Below are positions 40,739 through 50,168 of a DNA stretch of 64,000 nucleotides, in pieces (the stretch's first letter is position 1; each line of letters starts with the position of its first letter). Where the stretch lies: positions 1,321 to 65,320 of the forward strand of contig CAIQPH010000279.1 in assembly GCA_903873655.1 (NCBI GenBank). The letters run 5' to 3'. Under the pieces are notes generated by a model. It searched no databases. It saw nothing but the letters and a program-made list of their open reading frames with translations, and was not told the DNA's origin. Source of the stretch: an uncultured Holophagaceae bacterium. GTDB taxonomy: Bacteria; Acidobacteriota; Holophagae; Holophagales; Holophagaceae. The translations under genes were made by a program, and so were the position numbers.

Positions 40739-41799
40739 GCCCCGCTGAACTTCTCACCCTCCTGGTCGGCACGCCCAGCGTCTCTGGCGAGGAGGGCCCC
40801 CTCGCGAACCTGGTGCAGGAGCTCGTGGTCAGCAGGGGCTTCGAGGTTCAGCGTCAGGAGAACAACCTCTGGTTCACCTTCGGGAAAAAGGGCGGGCCCA
40901 GGCTGCTGCTCAATTCCCATCTCGATACCGTCCCCCCCTGCGCTGGCTGGGAGGGTGATCCTTTCACTCCCGTCTGGAACGGGGCGCGGCTCCGCGGCCT
41001 GGGTGCCAATGACGCCAAGGGCAGCGTGGCAGCCATCCTGCTGGCTGCTTTCCAATTGTCGCAGCGCGAACTCGCCGGCGAGGTGGTGGTCGCCCTCACC
41101 GCTGAGGAGGAAACGGGTGGCAGGGGCCTCGCCACCATCCTCGACCAGCTGGGTCCCCTCGATGCCGCCGCTGTCGGCGAACCCACCGGTCTGCGCATCT
41201 GCGCGGCACAGCGGGGCCTGCTGGTGCTCAAGTGCACAGCCCGGGGCCGGAGCGGACACGTGGCCAATGCCCAGATGCTCGGGGCCGAGAACGCCATCTC
41301 CAAGGCCGCCCGGGACATCAGTCGCATCGCCGCCATGACATTTCCCGTCCATCCCCTGCTGGGCTCCCAGAAGGCCCAGGTCACCCTGATCCAGGGCGGT
41401 CTGCGGCACAACCAGGTGCCCGATGCCTGCGAGTTTTTCATCGACCTCAGGACTGGTCCGGACCAGGATCACGAGGCCCTGGCCGCCGACTTCCAGGGGC
41501 AGTTGGAAAGCGAAGTGGTCATTCATTCCAAGCGCTACTTGCCCAAGAGCACCGATCCGGCCCACCCCATCGTCCGGGCCGCCCTCCAGGCCGCAGGGAA
41601 GGCTGGTCCGGTGGGTTCAGCGACCACTTCGGACTGGGCTCTGCTTGGCGACATCCCAACCGTGAAGGTCGGCCCCGGAGACACCTTCCGCAGCCACAGC
41701 CCCAACGAATACCTGACCCTGCCCGAACTCGAAGCGGGTGCGGCCTTCTACGCCTTGCTCGTCCCGGCCTTCTTCAAACTGCAGGTGCCCCATGAATGA
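40735..41799 (+). CDS. argE: M20 deacylase (ArgE-type, acyl-ornithine/citrulline)
   Basis: SHLDTV, GANDAKGS, EEETGG and GEPT motifs; within the arg operon. Confidence 0.85.
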   Translation: MSPAELLTLLVGTPSVSGEEGPLANLVQELVVSRGFEVQRQENNLWFTFGKKGGPRLLLNSHLDTVPPCAGWEGDPFTPVWNGARLRGLGANDAKGSVAAILLAAFQLSQRELAGEVVVALTAEEETGGRGLATILDQLGPLDAAAVGEPTGLRICAAQRGLLVLKCTARGRSGHVANAQMLGAENAISKAARDISRIAAMTFPVHPLLGSQKAQVTLIQGGLRHNQVPDACEFFIDLRTGPDQDHEALAADFQGQLESEVVIHSKRYLPKSTDPAHPIVRAALQAAGKAGPVGSATTSDWALLGDIPTVKVGPGDTFRSHSPNEYLTLPELEAGAAFYALLVPAFFKLQVPHE

Positions 41800-43141
41800 T
41801 CGGCTCTGGGCCAAGGATCTGCCCCTGGACGTGGCCATCCACCAGTTCACCGTGGGCGAGGATCCGGACACGGACCTGACCCTGCTGCCCTTCGACGCCC
41901 TCGGCAGCGCGGCCCACGCCAGGATGCTCGCGGCCACGGGCCTGCTGGAAGCAGCCGACGCCACCGCGCTGGTCCGGGAACTGGAGCGCATCGCGGACCG
42001 GGCCCGCCAGAACGCCTTCCCCATCCCTAGGGAACTGGAGGATTGCCACACCGCCATCGAGGCCGATCTCACCCGGACCCTCGGCGCCGTGGGCCAGCGC
42101 ATCCACTTGGGCCGCTCCCGGAACGACCAGGTGATCCTCGCCTTCCGGCTCTACCTGCGCGACGCCCTGCTCCACCTGGGGCTCCGGGTCTCCGACCTGG
42201 CCACGGCCTTCGTCGCCTCCGCCCGGACCCACCAGGCCGTGCCCCTGCCCGGCTACACCCACCTGCGCCGGGCCATGCCCAGCACCTTCGGCCTGTGGGC
42301 CGCCGCCTTTGCCGAAGGCCTCCTGGAAGAGCTGGAGGCCCTCCAGTCCGTCTACCAGCGCCTGGATCGTTGCCCCCTGGGCTCGGCTGCGGGTTTTGGC
42401 GTTCCGCTGCCCATCGACCGGGAGCTCACGACGAAGCTGCTGGGCTTCACCAAGGTCCAGCGCAGCCCCATCGACGTGCAGAACAGCCGCGGCCGCCATG
42501 AGGTGGCAACCCTGCAGTGGGCGGCCTCCACCGGCGGCGTCCTCGAGAAGTTCCTGTGGGATGTCTCGCTCTACAGCACCGAGGAATTCGGTTTCCTCAA
42601 GCTGCCGGACGCCTTCACCACCGGCTCCAGCATCATGCCCCAGAAGAAGAACCCCGATGTTGTGGAGCTGGCCCGGGGCCGCTGCCGCGAGCTGCGGGGT
42701 GCCGCGAACCTGGTGGAGCAGCTCGCCTCAGGTCTGCCCTCCAGCTACCACCGGGACCTCCAGCTGCTCAAGCGCCCGGTGATCCTGGGCCTGCGCCAGG
42801 CCGAGGAGCTGTTCAGTGTACTGGCGCGTCTGGTCCCCGCCCTGAAGGTGAACGCCGAGGCTACGACCGCCGCCTGCACGGACGAGCTCTATGCCGCCCA
42901 CCAGGCCTACGTCTACGTCCAGGGCGGCATGCCCTTCCGCGAGGCCTACCGCAAGGTCGCGCAGCAGATCCAGGAGGGCACCTTCGCCCCGGACCGCGCC
43001 GCCCTCACGGCCACCCATCTGGGCGGTGCGGGCAACCTGGGCCTGGACGAGCTTCAGTCCGAACTCGCCGCAGCACGTACCTGGATCGAAACCAAGCGCG
43101 CCATCCACGCCCAGGCGGAGGCGGCGCTATGGGCGAACTGA
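41792..43141 (+). CDS. argH: Argininosuccinate lyase
   Basis: GRSRNDQV, PGYTH and GSSIMPQKKNPD motifs. Confidence 0.95.
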   Translation: MNDRLWAKDLPLDVAIHQFTVGEDPDTDLTLLPFDALGSAAHARMLAATGLLEAADATALVRELERIADRARQNAFPIPRELEDCHTAIEADLTRTLGAVGQRIHLGRSRNDQVILAFRLYLRDALLHLGLRVSDLATAFVASARTHQAVPLPGYTHLRRAMPSTFGLWAAAFAEGLLEELEALQSVYQRLDRCPLGSAAGFGVPLPIDRELTTKLLGFTKVQRSPIDVQNSRGRHEVATLQWAASTGGVLEKFLWDVSLYSTEEFGFLKLPDAFTTGSSIMPQKKNPDVVELARGRCRELRGAANLVEQLASGLPSSYHRDLQLLKRPVILGLRQAEELFSVLARLVPALKVNAEATTAACTDELYAAHQAYVYVQGGMPFREAYRKVAQQIQEGTFAPDRAALTATHLGGAGNLGLDELQSELAAARTWIETKRAIHAQAEAALWAN

Positions 43142-43166
43142 CTGCATTCACCACGAAGGACCTCCC

Positions 43167-44354
43167 ATGAACAAACTCGCCGTCCTCGCCTTCTCCGGCG
43201 GTCTCGACACTTCCTTCTGCGTGCTCCACCTCAAGGAGCAGGGCTACGATGTGGCCACGGTCACGGTCAACACCGGCGGGTTCACACCAGAGGAATTGGC
43301 CCGCATCGAGGCCGCCTCGCCGAAGCTCGGCGCCCTCAGCCATACGACCGTGGATGCTCGCGCCGGACTCTTCGACGGCTACCTGCGCTACCTGGTCTAC
43401 GGGAACGTGCTGCGCGGCCAGATGTACCCCCTGTCCGTCTCCGCTGAGCGGGTTTGCCAGGCCCGGGCCGTGGCGGAGCTCGCCAAGGCCATGGGCGCCG
43501 CGGCCATTGCCCACGGTTCCACAGGCGCCGGCAACGATCAGGTGCGCTTCGATGTGGCCTTCCGGGCGCTGGCATCCGAACTGGAGATCCTTACGCCCAT
43601 CCGCGACCTGGGCCTGTCCCGGGCCGCGGAGATGGCCTATTGCGCCGAGCGCGGCGTGGTGTTCCCCGAGAAGACCAGGGACTACTCCATCAACGAGGGC
43701 ATGTGGGGCACCAGCATCGGCGGACGGGAGACGCTGGACTCCTGGACCACCCTGCCGGAGGCGGCCTTCCCCGGCGGCGTCATCGGCGCCCTGCCGCCCA
43801 AGACCCTGGTCCTCAGCTTCGAGCAGGGCGTCCCCGTGGCCCTGGACGGCCAGGCCCTGGATCCGGTCGAGCTCATCGCCGCGCTCAACACCGTCGGCCA
43901 CGCTTATGGCATCGGCCGCGGCGTGCACCTGGGCGACACCATCCTGGGCATCAAGGGCCGCGTGGGCTTCGAGGCCCCGGCGGCGCACCTGCTCATCGGC
44001 GCCCACCGGGAGCTGGAGAAGCTGGTCCTCAGCGGCAAACAGCTGTTCTGGAAGGAATCCCTGGGCAACCTCTACGGCAGCCTGCTCCACGAGGGCCACT
44101 TCTTCGATCCCCTGGCCCGGGATCTCGAGGCCTTCCTCGAATCCAGCCAGGACCGCGTCCGCGGCGAGGTGCGCCTCACCCTGCACCCAAGGGCCTTCGT
44201 GGTGGAGGGCGTCCAGTCTCCCTACTCCCTGATGGACCCCCGCATCGCCACCTACGGCGAAGCCAACCGCCTCTGGACCGGCGCCGAAGCCGCCGGCTTC
44301 GCCAAAGTCTTCGGGGTCCAGCAGACCCTGACACTCAAAGCAAAGAGCAACTGA
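43167..44354 (+). CDS. argG: Argininosuccinate synthase
   Basis: AFSGGLDTS, HGSTGAGNDQVRF and GIKGR motifs. Confidence 0.95.
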   Translation: MNKLAVLAFSGGLDTSFCVLHLKEQGYDVATVTVNTGGFTPEELARIEAASPKLGALSHTTVDARAGLFDGYLRYLVYGNVLRGQMYPLSVSAERVCQARAVAELAKAMGAAAIAHGSTGAGNDQVRFDVAFRALASELEILTPIRDLGLSRAAEMAYCAERGVVFPEKTRDYSINEGMWGTSIGGRETLDSWTTLPEAAFPGGVIGALPPKTLVLSFEQGVPVALDGQALDPVELIAALNTVGHAYGIGRGVHLGDTILGIKGRVGFEAPAAHLLIGAHRELEKLVLSGKQLFWKESLGNLYGSLLHEGHFFDPLARDLEAFLESSQDRVRGEVRLTLHPRAFVVEGVQSPYSLMDPRIATYGEANRLWTGAEAAGFAKVFGVQQTLTLKAKSN

Positions 44355-44370
44355 TCCACCACGAGGTCCC

Positions 44371-45423
44371 ATGCGCATCCACGTCGACAAGCTCGCCTCG
44401 GTGACCCGCAACCTCCGGCTGGGGCGCACGCTCACGCTGGCGCCCGAACTCCTGCTGGAGGAGGGCTCCGTCATCGCCTGCCGGATCCGGGGCGAGAAGA
44501 CCACCTACAACCAGCTGGAGGATCCCCATGGCCGCATGAGCACTTTGCATGACGGCGACATCCTCGTGGGCGCCCTGGGACACCGCAACGCGCTGCAGGG
44601 GTACGAGGGCGTCTTGCCGGCGGCCCTGAAAGCCGGCGACACGGTGAATCTCCTGAACATGGGCGGCGTCATCGGCCAGTGTCTCTCCCACAACCCCGAC
44701 GTGGGCAAGCCCTTCGAAATGGAGGTGCTGGGTCAGGTGCTGGTCTTCCCGGAATTCCAGTCGCGCGCGGGCCAGGCTGCCCACGTCCGCATGGGCGCCC
44801 TGAAGGGCACGGGTCTGTCCCCACACTGTCCCGTGGTCTACGTGGCGGGCACCTGCATGAACTCGGGCAAGACCGCCGCCGCCTGCGCGACCATTCGCCA
44901 GCTCAGTCGCGCCGGCTACCGGGTGGGAGCCTGCAAACTCACGGGCGTCTCCCTCATGCGCGACGCGCTTTCCATGCGCGACTACGGCGCCGAAGTGGCC
45001 CTGGACTTCACGGATGCAGGCATCGTCTGCACGGACGCGGGCAGCGCCGCCGACGTGTCCCGCATCATCTTCTCGGAGCTGGCGGCCCATGGCGTGGATG
45101 TCATCGTGGCCGAGACCGGTGACGGCATCATGGGCGAGTACGGTGTGCAGGCCATCCTCGGGGACGCCGAGCTGAAGGCCCTCAGCGGGGTCTTCATTCT
45201 CTGCGCCAACGATCCCGTCGGCGTCGCCGGGGCGGTCCACCACCTCAAAGCCGACTTCGGCATCCAGGCCGACCTCATCGCCGGACCCGCCACGGACAAC
45301 CGCGTGGGCGAGCGCTTCGTGGCCACCCTCGGCCTGCCCGCCCGCAACGCCCGCGCCGACGCCGACGCCCTCGGCAAGTTCGTTCTCGGCCTCCTCGAAC
45401 CCAAGATCTCGGCAAGGGTATGA
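44371..45423 (+). CDS. DUF1611/DgcN-like P-loop protein in the arg operon
   Basis: AGTCMNSGKT P-loop, KLTG, LDFTDAG and ETGDG motifs; GAGG SD; ATGA overlap with argC. Confidence 0.7.
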   Translation: MRIHVDKLASVTRNLRLGRTLTLAPELLLEEGSVIACRIRGEKTTYNQLEDPHGRMSTLHDGDILVGALGHRNALQGYEGVLPAALKAGDTVNLLNMGGVIGQCLSHNPDVGKPFEMEVLGQVLVFPEFQSRAGQAAHVRMGALKGTGLSPHCPVVYVAGTCMNSGKTAAACATIRQLSRAGYRVGACKLTGVSLMRDALSMRDYGAEVALDFTDAGIVCTDAGSAADVSRIIFSELAAHGVDVIVAETGDGIMGEYGVQAILGDAELKALSGVFILCANDPVGVAGAVHHLKADFGIQADLIAGPATDNRVGERFVATLGLPARNARADADALGKFVLGLLEPKISARV

Positions 45424-46418
45424 CCATGGTTGATGTCCTGATCCTCGGCGCTTCCGGCTACGGCGGGGGGGAGCTATTGCGCTGGCTCTCCAGCCATCCG
45501 GCAGTGAAGACGCTGCGCGGCACGGCCCGCAGCCACGCGGGCAAACCCTTCCATGCCCAGCACCCAAATCTGCGTGGATTGGTCGAGGGGGCCTTCGAAG
45601 CCGCGCCGGACTGGGCGGCTCTGGCTCAGAGCGAGGCGCCCGTGGTGTTCTCCGCCCTTCCCCATGGGGAGTTGGGCAAGCTGTGGCCCGAGGTCGAGGC
45701 CGCAGGCCAGACCCATGGACTGCTGGAGCGCCTCACGGTCATCGACCTCTCCGCGGACTTCCGCCTCGACCCTGCCTGGGTCTACGGCCTAGTGGACTGG
45801 CAACCCGAGCGCATGAAAGGCGCGAAGCGCATCGCCAACCCCGGCTGCTTCGCCACGGCCCTGCAGCTGGCACTGCTGCCCCTGGCCCAGTGGAAGCCCG
45901 CCTTTGTGGCCGTCACCGCCGCCACAGGCTCCAGCGGATCCGGCGCCGCGCCCTCAGACACCACGCACCATCCCACCCGCGCCAACGATTTCCGCGCCTA
46001 CAAGATGCTAGGCCACCAGCACGAGGCCGAGGTCCTGCGCACCCTAGCCACAGCAGGCTGGGAGGCACCGCTCAGTTTCGTTCCCCAGAGCGCGCCGATG
46101 GTAAGGGGGATCTTTGCTGTGGTTCAATTCCCGCTTCCTGCGGGAATTGAGATGGGTGCCCTGCGGGCACATTACGAATCCTTCTACAAGGACCGGTTCT
46201 TCGTGCGGATCGTGGATGGCTCGCCCCGGGTGGCCGCCACCACGGGCAGCGCCTTCGCCGACATTGGTGTCGCCGCCCGGAACGGTCACGGCGCCGTGAT
46301 GGTGGCCCTCGACAACCTCGGCAAAGGCATGGCCGCCCAGGCTGTGCAGAATCTCAATCTGGCCTTGGGTCTGCCGGAGTGGATGGGGCTGAAGGCGGCA
46401 GGAGGCTGGCCCGCATAA
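45420..46418 (+). CDS. argC: N-acetyl-gamma-glutamyl-phosphate reductase
   Basis: GASGYGG, DLSADFR, IANPGCF and DNLGKG motifs. Confidence 0.93.
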   Translation: MTMVDVLILGASGYGGGELLRWLSSHPAVKTLRGTARSHAGKPFHAQHPNLRGLVEGAFEAAPDWAALAQSEAPVVFSALPHGELGKLWPEVEAAGQTHGLLERLTVIDLSADFRLDPAWVYGLVDWQPERMKGAKRIANPGCFATALQLALLPLAQWKPAFVAVTAATGSSGSGAAPSDTTHHPTRANDFRAYKMLGHQHEAEVLRTLATAGWEAPLSFVPQSAPMVRGIFAVVQFPLPAGIEMGALRAHYESFYKDRFFVRIVDGSPRVAATTGSAFADIGVAARNGHGAVMVALDNLGKGMAAQAVQNLNLALGLPEWMGLKAAGGWPA

Positions 46419-46668
46419 TCGCCCCTAGCTCACCACTACCCAAGCTTTCCACCCTCTTCTTGAGGGCGCGGAGGAAGGCGGCCATGGCTTCGGCGACATT
46501 GGCCCTGCTCACCGCGGATCACCGAGCCCAGTCCTGCAATCCGTCAGGCAGCCAATCAGGCTCCCGTCCTTTCCTCGCTCGGCGTGCATGCCGCGCCGAG
46601 CCCCTGTCAACGCCATTTGGAAGCGCCTGAAGCCCGTGGGATGATGAACTCCCCTGCCCGGAGCCCCC

Positions 46669-48045
46669 ATGAATCCTGCCCTTCTCACCCGCGAGGCCCT
46701 GAGTCAATTCGCGAAGGAAAGCCGCTGGGATTTCGAGATGGAGCTGAAGGCGCTGGTTGAGATCCCCTCCATCAGCGCCGACCCTGCGCACCAAGGTGAC
46801 GTGCGGCGCGTGGCTGAGGCGGCCCGCTCGCTTTTCGAGCGCCATGGCGGCCGGGCCGAGATCCTGGAAACCAGCGGCAACCCGCTCATCCACGGCTGGT
46901 TCGGCGAGGATCCCAGCCTCCCCACCATCACGGTCTACAACCACTTGGATGTGCAGCCCGCCAACGAGCCCGAGTGGACGGCGGATCCCTTCACGTTCGT
47001 GGTGGAGGGCGACACCTACCGGGGCCGTGGCAGCACCGACGACAAGGGACCCGCCGTATCCGCTTTCTTCGGAGCCATGGCAGCCCGACGCGCGGGCGTC
47101 CCTCTGAACATTCACTTCCTCTGGGAGACCGAGGAGGAGATCGGCTCGCCCAGTTTCGAAGGGGGCCTAAACCTCCACAAAGACCGCTTTCGGACCCAAG
47201 CCATCGTAGTGAGCGACACGGTCTGGGTCACCCGGGGCAGACCCAGCACACCAGCTGGCCTGCGGGGGCTGAAGGGCTTCCGGCTGACGCTGGAGACCGC
47301 CGATCACGACCTGCACAGCGGCGTGGTGGGCGGGGCGGCGCGCAATCCTCTGGCGGAACTCATCAAGGTGGTCGCCACTCTGATGGATGGCGAGACCGGC
47401 AAGGTGAAGGTGCCGGGCTTCTACGACGAGGTGGTGAAGCCCTCCAAGCAGGAACTGGAGGAGTGGGCGAACGCCGGCTTCAGCGTGGAAACCTTCAAAA
47501 AGGACCACATGATCACCGGCATGCGCACTGAGGACCCCCTGAAGGTCATGAAGCGTGTCTGGGGCCGCCCCACCATGGAGGTGCACGGCGTGGTCGGCGG
47601 CTACACTGGCCCCGGCATCAAGAGCGCCGTGCCGCCCCGGGCTGAGATCAAGCTGAGCTGCCGCCTGGTGCCGGATATGGACGAGGCCAAGACCATGGCC
47701 CGCATTCGCTCCTTCTTGACTGAAAACTTCCCCGATGTGCAGGTGCATGAGGAACACGGCCTCGCCCCCTTCAAAGGCCACGTCACCGGTCCCTACGCCG
47801 CAGCCATCAAGGACGCCTACCGATTCGCCTTCGACGCCCCCTGTTCCTTCACGCGCGAGGGCGGCAGCATTGGCGCCGTGAAAACCATGGAAGATATCCT
47901 GGGCTGCGAGGTCTTTTTCCTTGGATTGAGCCTCCCCAGCCACGGCTACCACGCCCCCAACGAGAATTTCGACTGGGAACAGGCCTCGGGCGGCATCGCG
48001 GCCTTCGCTCATTATTTCGAGACGGTGAGTGGGATCAGGAACTGA
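46669..48045 (+). CDS. M20/M25/M40 dipeptidase
   Basis: YNHLDVQP, RGSTDDKG, EEEIGS, DLHSG and HAPNE motifs. Confidence 0.88.
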   Translation: MNPALLTREALSQFAKESRWDFEMELKALVEIPSISADPAHQGDVRRVAEAARSLFERHGGRAEILETSGNPLIHGWFGEDPSLPTITVYNHLDVQPANEPEWTADPFTFVVEGDTYRGRGSTDDKGPAVSAFFGAMAARRAGVPLNIHFLWETEEEIGSPSFEGGLNLHKDRFRTQAIVVSDTVWVTRGRPSTPAGLRGLKGFRLTLETADHDLHSGVVGGAARNPLAELIKVVATLMDGETGKVKVPGFYDEVVKPSKQELEEWANAGFSVETFKKDHMITGMRTEDPLKVMKRVWGRPTMEVHGVVGGYTGPGIKSAVPPRAEIKLSCRLVPDMDEAKTMARIRSFLTENFPDVQVHEEHGLAPFKGHVTGPYAAAIKDAYRFAFDAPCSFTREGGSIGAVKTMEDILGCEVFFLGLSLPSHGYHAPNENFDWEQASGGIAAFAHYFETVSGIRN

Positions 48046-48059
48046 GGTCCGTTCCCTCG

Positions 48060-48094
48060 CGCAGAAGCGTCGGCCGATGGCCGGCGTTTCTGCG
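48060..48094. terminator. Hairpin between convergent genes (related to family A second hairpin)
   Basis: CGCAGAAGCGTCGGCC-GAT-GGCCGGCGTTTCTGCG. Confidence 0.55.
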
Positions 48095-48883
48095 TCAGAA
48101 GGTGCCTTGCACGAGACCACCGTCCACGAGCAGGCTCTGGCCGGTGAGATAACTCGCAGACGCACTGCATAAGAAGGCGATCACGGCACCGATCTCTTCG
48201 GGGGTGCCGATGCGGCCTGCGGGGATGGCCGCGGCCTGACGGGCAAAGTGCTCCGTCACGGTGATGCCCTCGGTCTTCGACTTCACCTCCGCAAGGTGGG
48301 TCTGGCGATCGGTCATGACATGGCCCGGCAGCAGGGCGTTCACGGTGATGCCGTCCTTCGCCGTTTCCAGAGCCAGAGTGCGGGTCAGCCCCGAGAGTCC
48401 CGCCCGCAGAGTCGAGCTGATGGTGAGCAGAGGGTAGGGTTGCTTCGCCACCAGGCTGGTGATGTGGACGATGCGGCCCCACTGCCGGGCCCGCATGCCT
48501 GGCAGCACAAGCCGTGACATGCGCACCACGTTCATCAGGGTGGTCTCCACCCCCGCGGCCCAGTCCTCGTCGCTGAGGTGATCGAAGGTCGCGGCCTTGG
48601 GACCTCCGGTGTTGGTGATGAGGATGTCTACAGGACCCAGGGTTGATTCCGTGATCTGGTGCCAGCGGACCAGATCCTCCGCCTTGGACACGTCCGCGGA
48701 AACCGTCACGACCGCCACGCCAAAGCCTTCCAGTTCTGCCTTCACCGAAGCCAGTGCCTCGGCGGTGCGACCGCAGACGGAGACCGCGCAGCCTTCGGCG
48801 GCTAGTGCGAGGGCGGCCGCCCGCCCGAGTCCCTTGCTGCCCGCCGCTACCATTGCCACTTTGCCTCGAATGCCCAGGTCCAT
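48095..48883 (-). CDS. SDR-family oxidoreductase
   Basis: AAGSKGLG, NTGGP and LVDGG motifs. Confidence 0.88.
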   Translation of the reverse strand: MDLGIRGKVAMVAAGSKGLGRAAALALAAEGCAVSVCGRTAEALASVKAELEGFGVAVVTVSADVSKAEDLVRWHQITESTLGPVDILITNTGGPKAATFDHLSDEDWAAGVETTLMNVVRMSRLVLPGMRARQWGRIVHITSLVAKQPYPLLTISSTLRAGLSGLTRTLALETAKDGITVNALLPGHVMTDRQTHLAEVKSKTEGITVTEHFARQAAAIPAGRIGTPEEIGAVIAFLCSASASYLTGQSLLVDGGLVQGTF

Positions 48884-49000
48884 GCTGGCCTCCCGGCTCC
48901 TAGCATAGGCGGTCCCCCTCAGGACTAATTCATCGGGACCCGAAAATACCCGATACGCTTGATAGAAGCTGATTGGTCCCACACCCGGGGAGTCCGCATC

Positions 49001-50149
49001 GTGTTCAAAGAATCTTCTGGCCAGAGAACTCCTGCACCCACCTATTTCGCCCCCGCTGAACGCGCCACTCAGGAAGAGCTTCAGTTGGAGGCCGAGGCTT
49101 TTCTCCGCCATCCTGTGGCGAACTTCCTGGTGCAGGCACTGGACGGTCTGGTGCTGATCCTGGATGTCCACCGGCAGGTGCTGGCCACCAATGACCGGGT
49201 TCTCGAGGTGGTGGACCCGGAGGACGGGACGCCGCTGGGCCGCCGTCCCGGTGAGCTCTTCGGCTGCACCCACGTGAGCGAGGGCCCTGGCGGCTGCGGC
49301 ACCAGTCATGCCTGCACCCATTGCGGGGCCGTGCTCGCCATTCTGGAGGCCCAGCAGACCGGCGTGGCGGTGCGCTCGGAGTGCCTCCTCACCCTGCGCC
49401 ACGGGGACCATTGCGAGAGCGCTGAGTTCGAAATCGTCGCCAGCCCCCTGGTGGTGGAGCCGCATCAGTTCATCGCTGTGGTGCTGCATGACCTTAGCGC
49501 CGTGAAGCGCCGCGATGCCCTTGAGCGCCTGTTCTACCATGATGTGGCCAACCTCATGCAGGGCATCCGTGGCTGGGCTGATCTCCTCGCCTCGGGGGGC
49601 AACGCACCTACGGATGTAGCTCAGAAGCTGGCCCATCTGACCGACCTGTTGGACCGCGAACTCAAGAGCCACCGGGCCATGGCTGAGGCGGAACATGGGG
49701 AACTGCGGCCCCGCATACGGGCGGTTCTTCCCCTCGATATCCTGCGTGATGTGGGTGACTTGCTGGACCGCCACGCCCTGGCCCGGGAGCGCAGGGTCGA
49801 GATACTACCCTGTCCGGAAGAGTTGATACACACCGATCCCGAGCTGCTCTCGCGGGTGGTGCTGAACATGGCTGTGAATGCCGTGGAAGCTGCCTCCATG
49901 GGCGAGACCATCACCCTCTCGGCCCGCCAGGAGGATATGAAACTTCGCTTCCAGGTACACAATCCGGGAGAGATCCCGGAGGAGATCCACAGCCGCATCT
50001 TCCAGCGCTCCTTCAGCACCAAGGGCACCGTCGGCCGCGGTCTCGGCACCTACGCCATGAAGCTCTTCGGTGAAAATGTGCTGGGAGGCGAGGTGGGCTT
50101 CCACACTGGCCAGGAGGGCACCACCTTCTGGATCGTGCTGGGTCGCTGA
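49001..50149 (+). CDS. Cytoplasmic sensor histidine kinase with Cys-rich PAS-like domain
   Basis: FYHDVAN H-box, NAVEA, FSTKG and GRGLGTY motifs; RPGELFGC..GCG..CTHC. Confidence 0.82.
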   Translation: MFKESSGQRTPAPTYFAPAERATQEELQLEAEAFLRHPVANFLVQALDGLVLILDVHRQVLATNDRVLEVVDPEDGTPLGRRPGELFGCTHVSEGPGGCGTSHACTHCGAVLAILEAQQTGVAVRSECLLTLRHGDHCESAEFEIVASPLVVEPHQFIAVVLHDLSAVKRRDALERLFYHDVANLMQGIRGWADLLASGGNAPTDVAQKLAHLTDLLDRELKSHRAMAEAEHGELRPRIRAVLPLDILRDVGDLLDRHALARERRVEILPCPEELIHTDPELLSRVVLNMAVNAVEAASMGETITLSARQEDMKLRFQVHNPGEIPEEIHSRIFQRSFSTKGTVGRGLGTYAMKLFGENVLGGEVGFHTGQEGTTFWIVLGR

Positions 50150-50168
50150 GTTGGGTGAAGTCTCCGGG

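Noticed and set aside
46425-46600. Minus-strand fragment (LPDGLQDWAR*SAVSRANVAEAMAAFLRALKKR) resembling an RHH/HicB remnant
   Set aside because: Too short and interrupted; the similarity is not convincing without a search.
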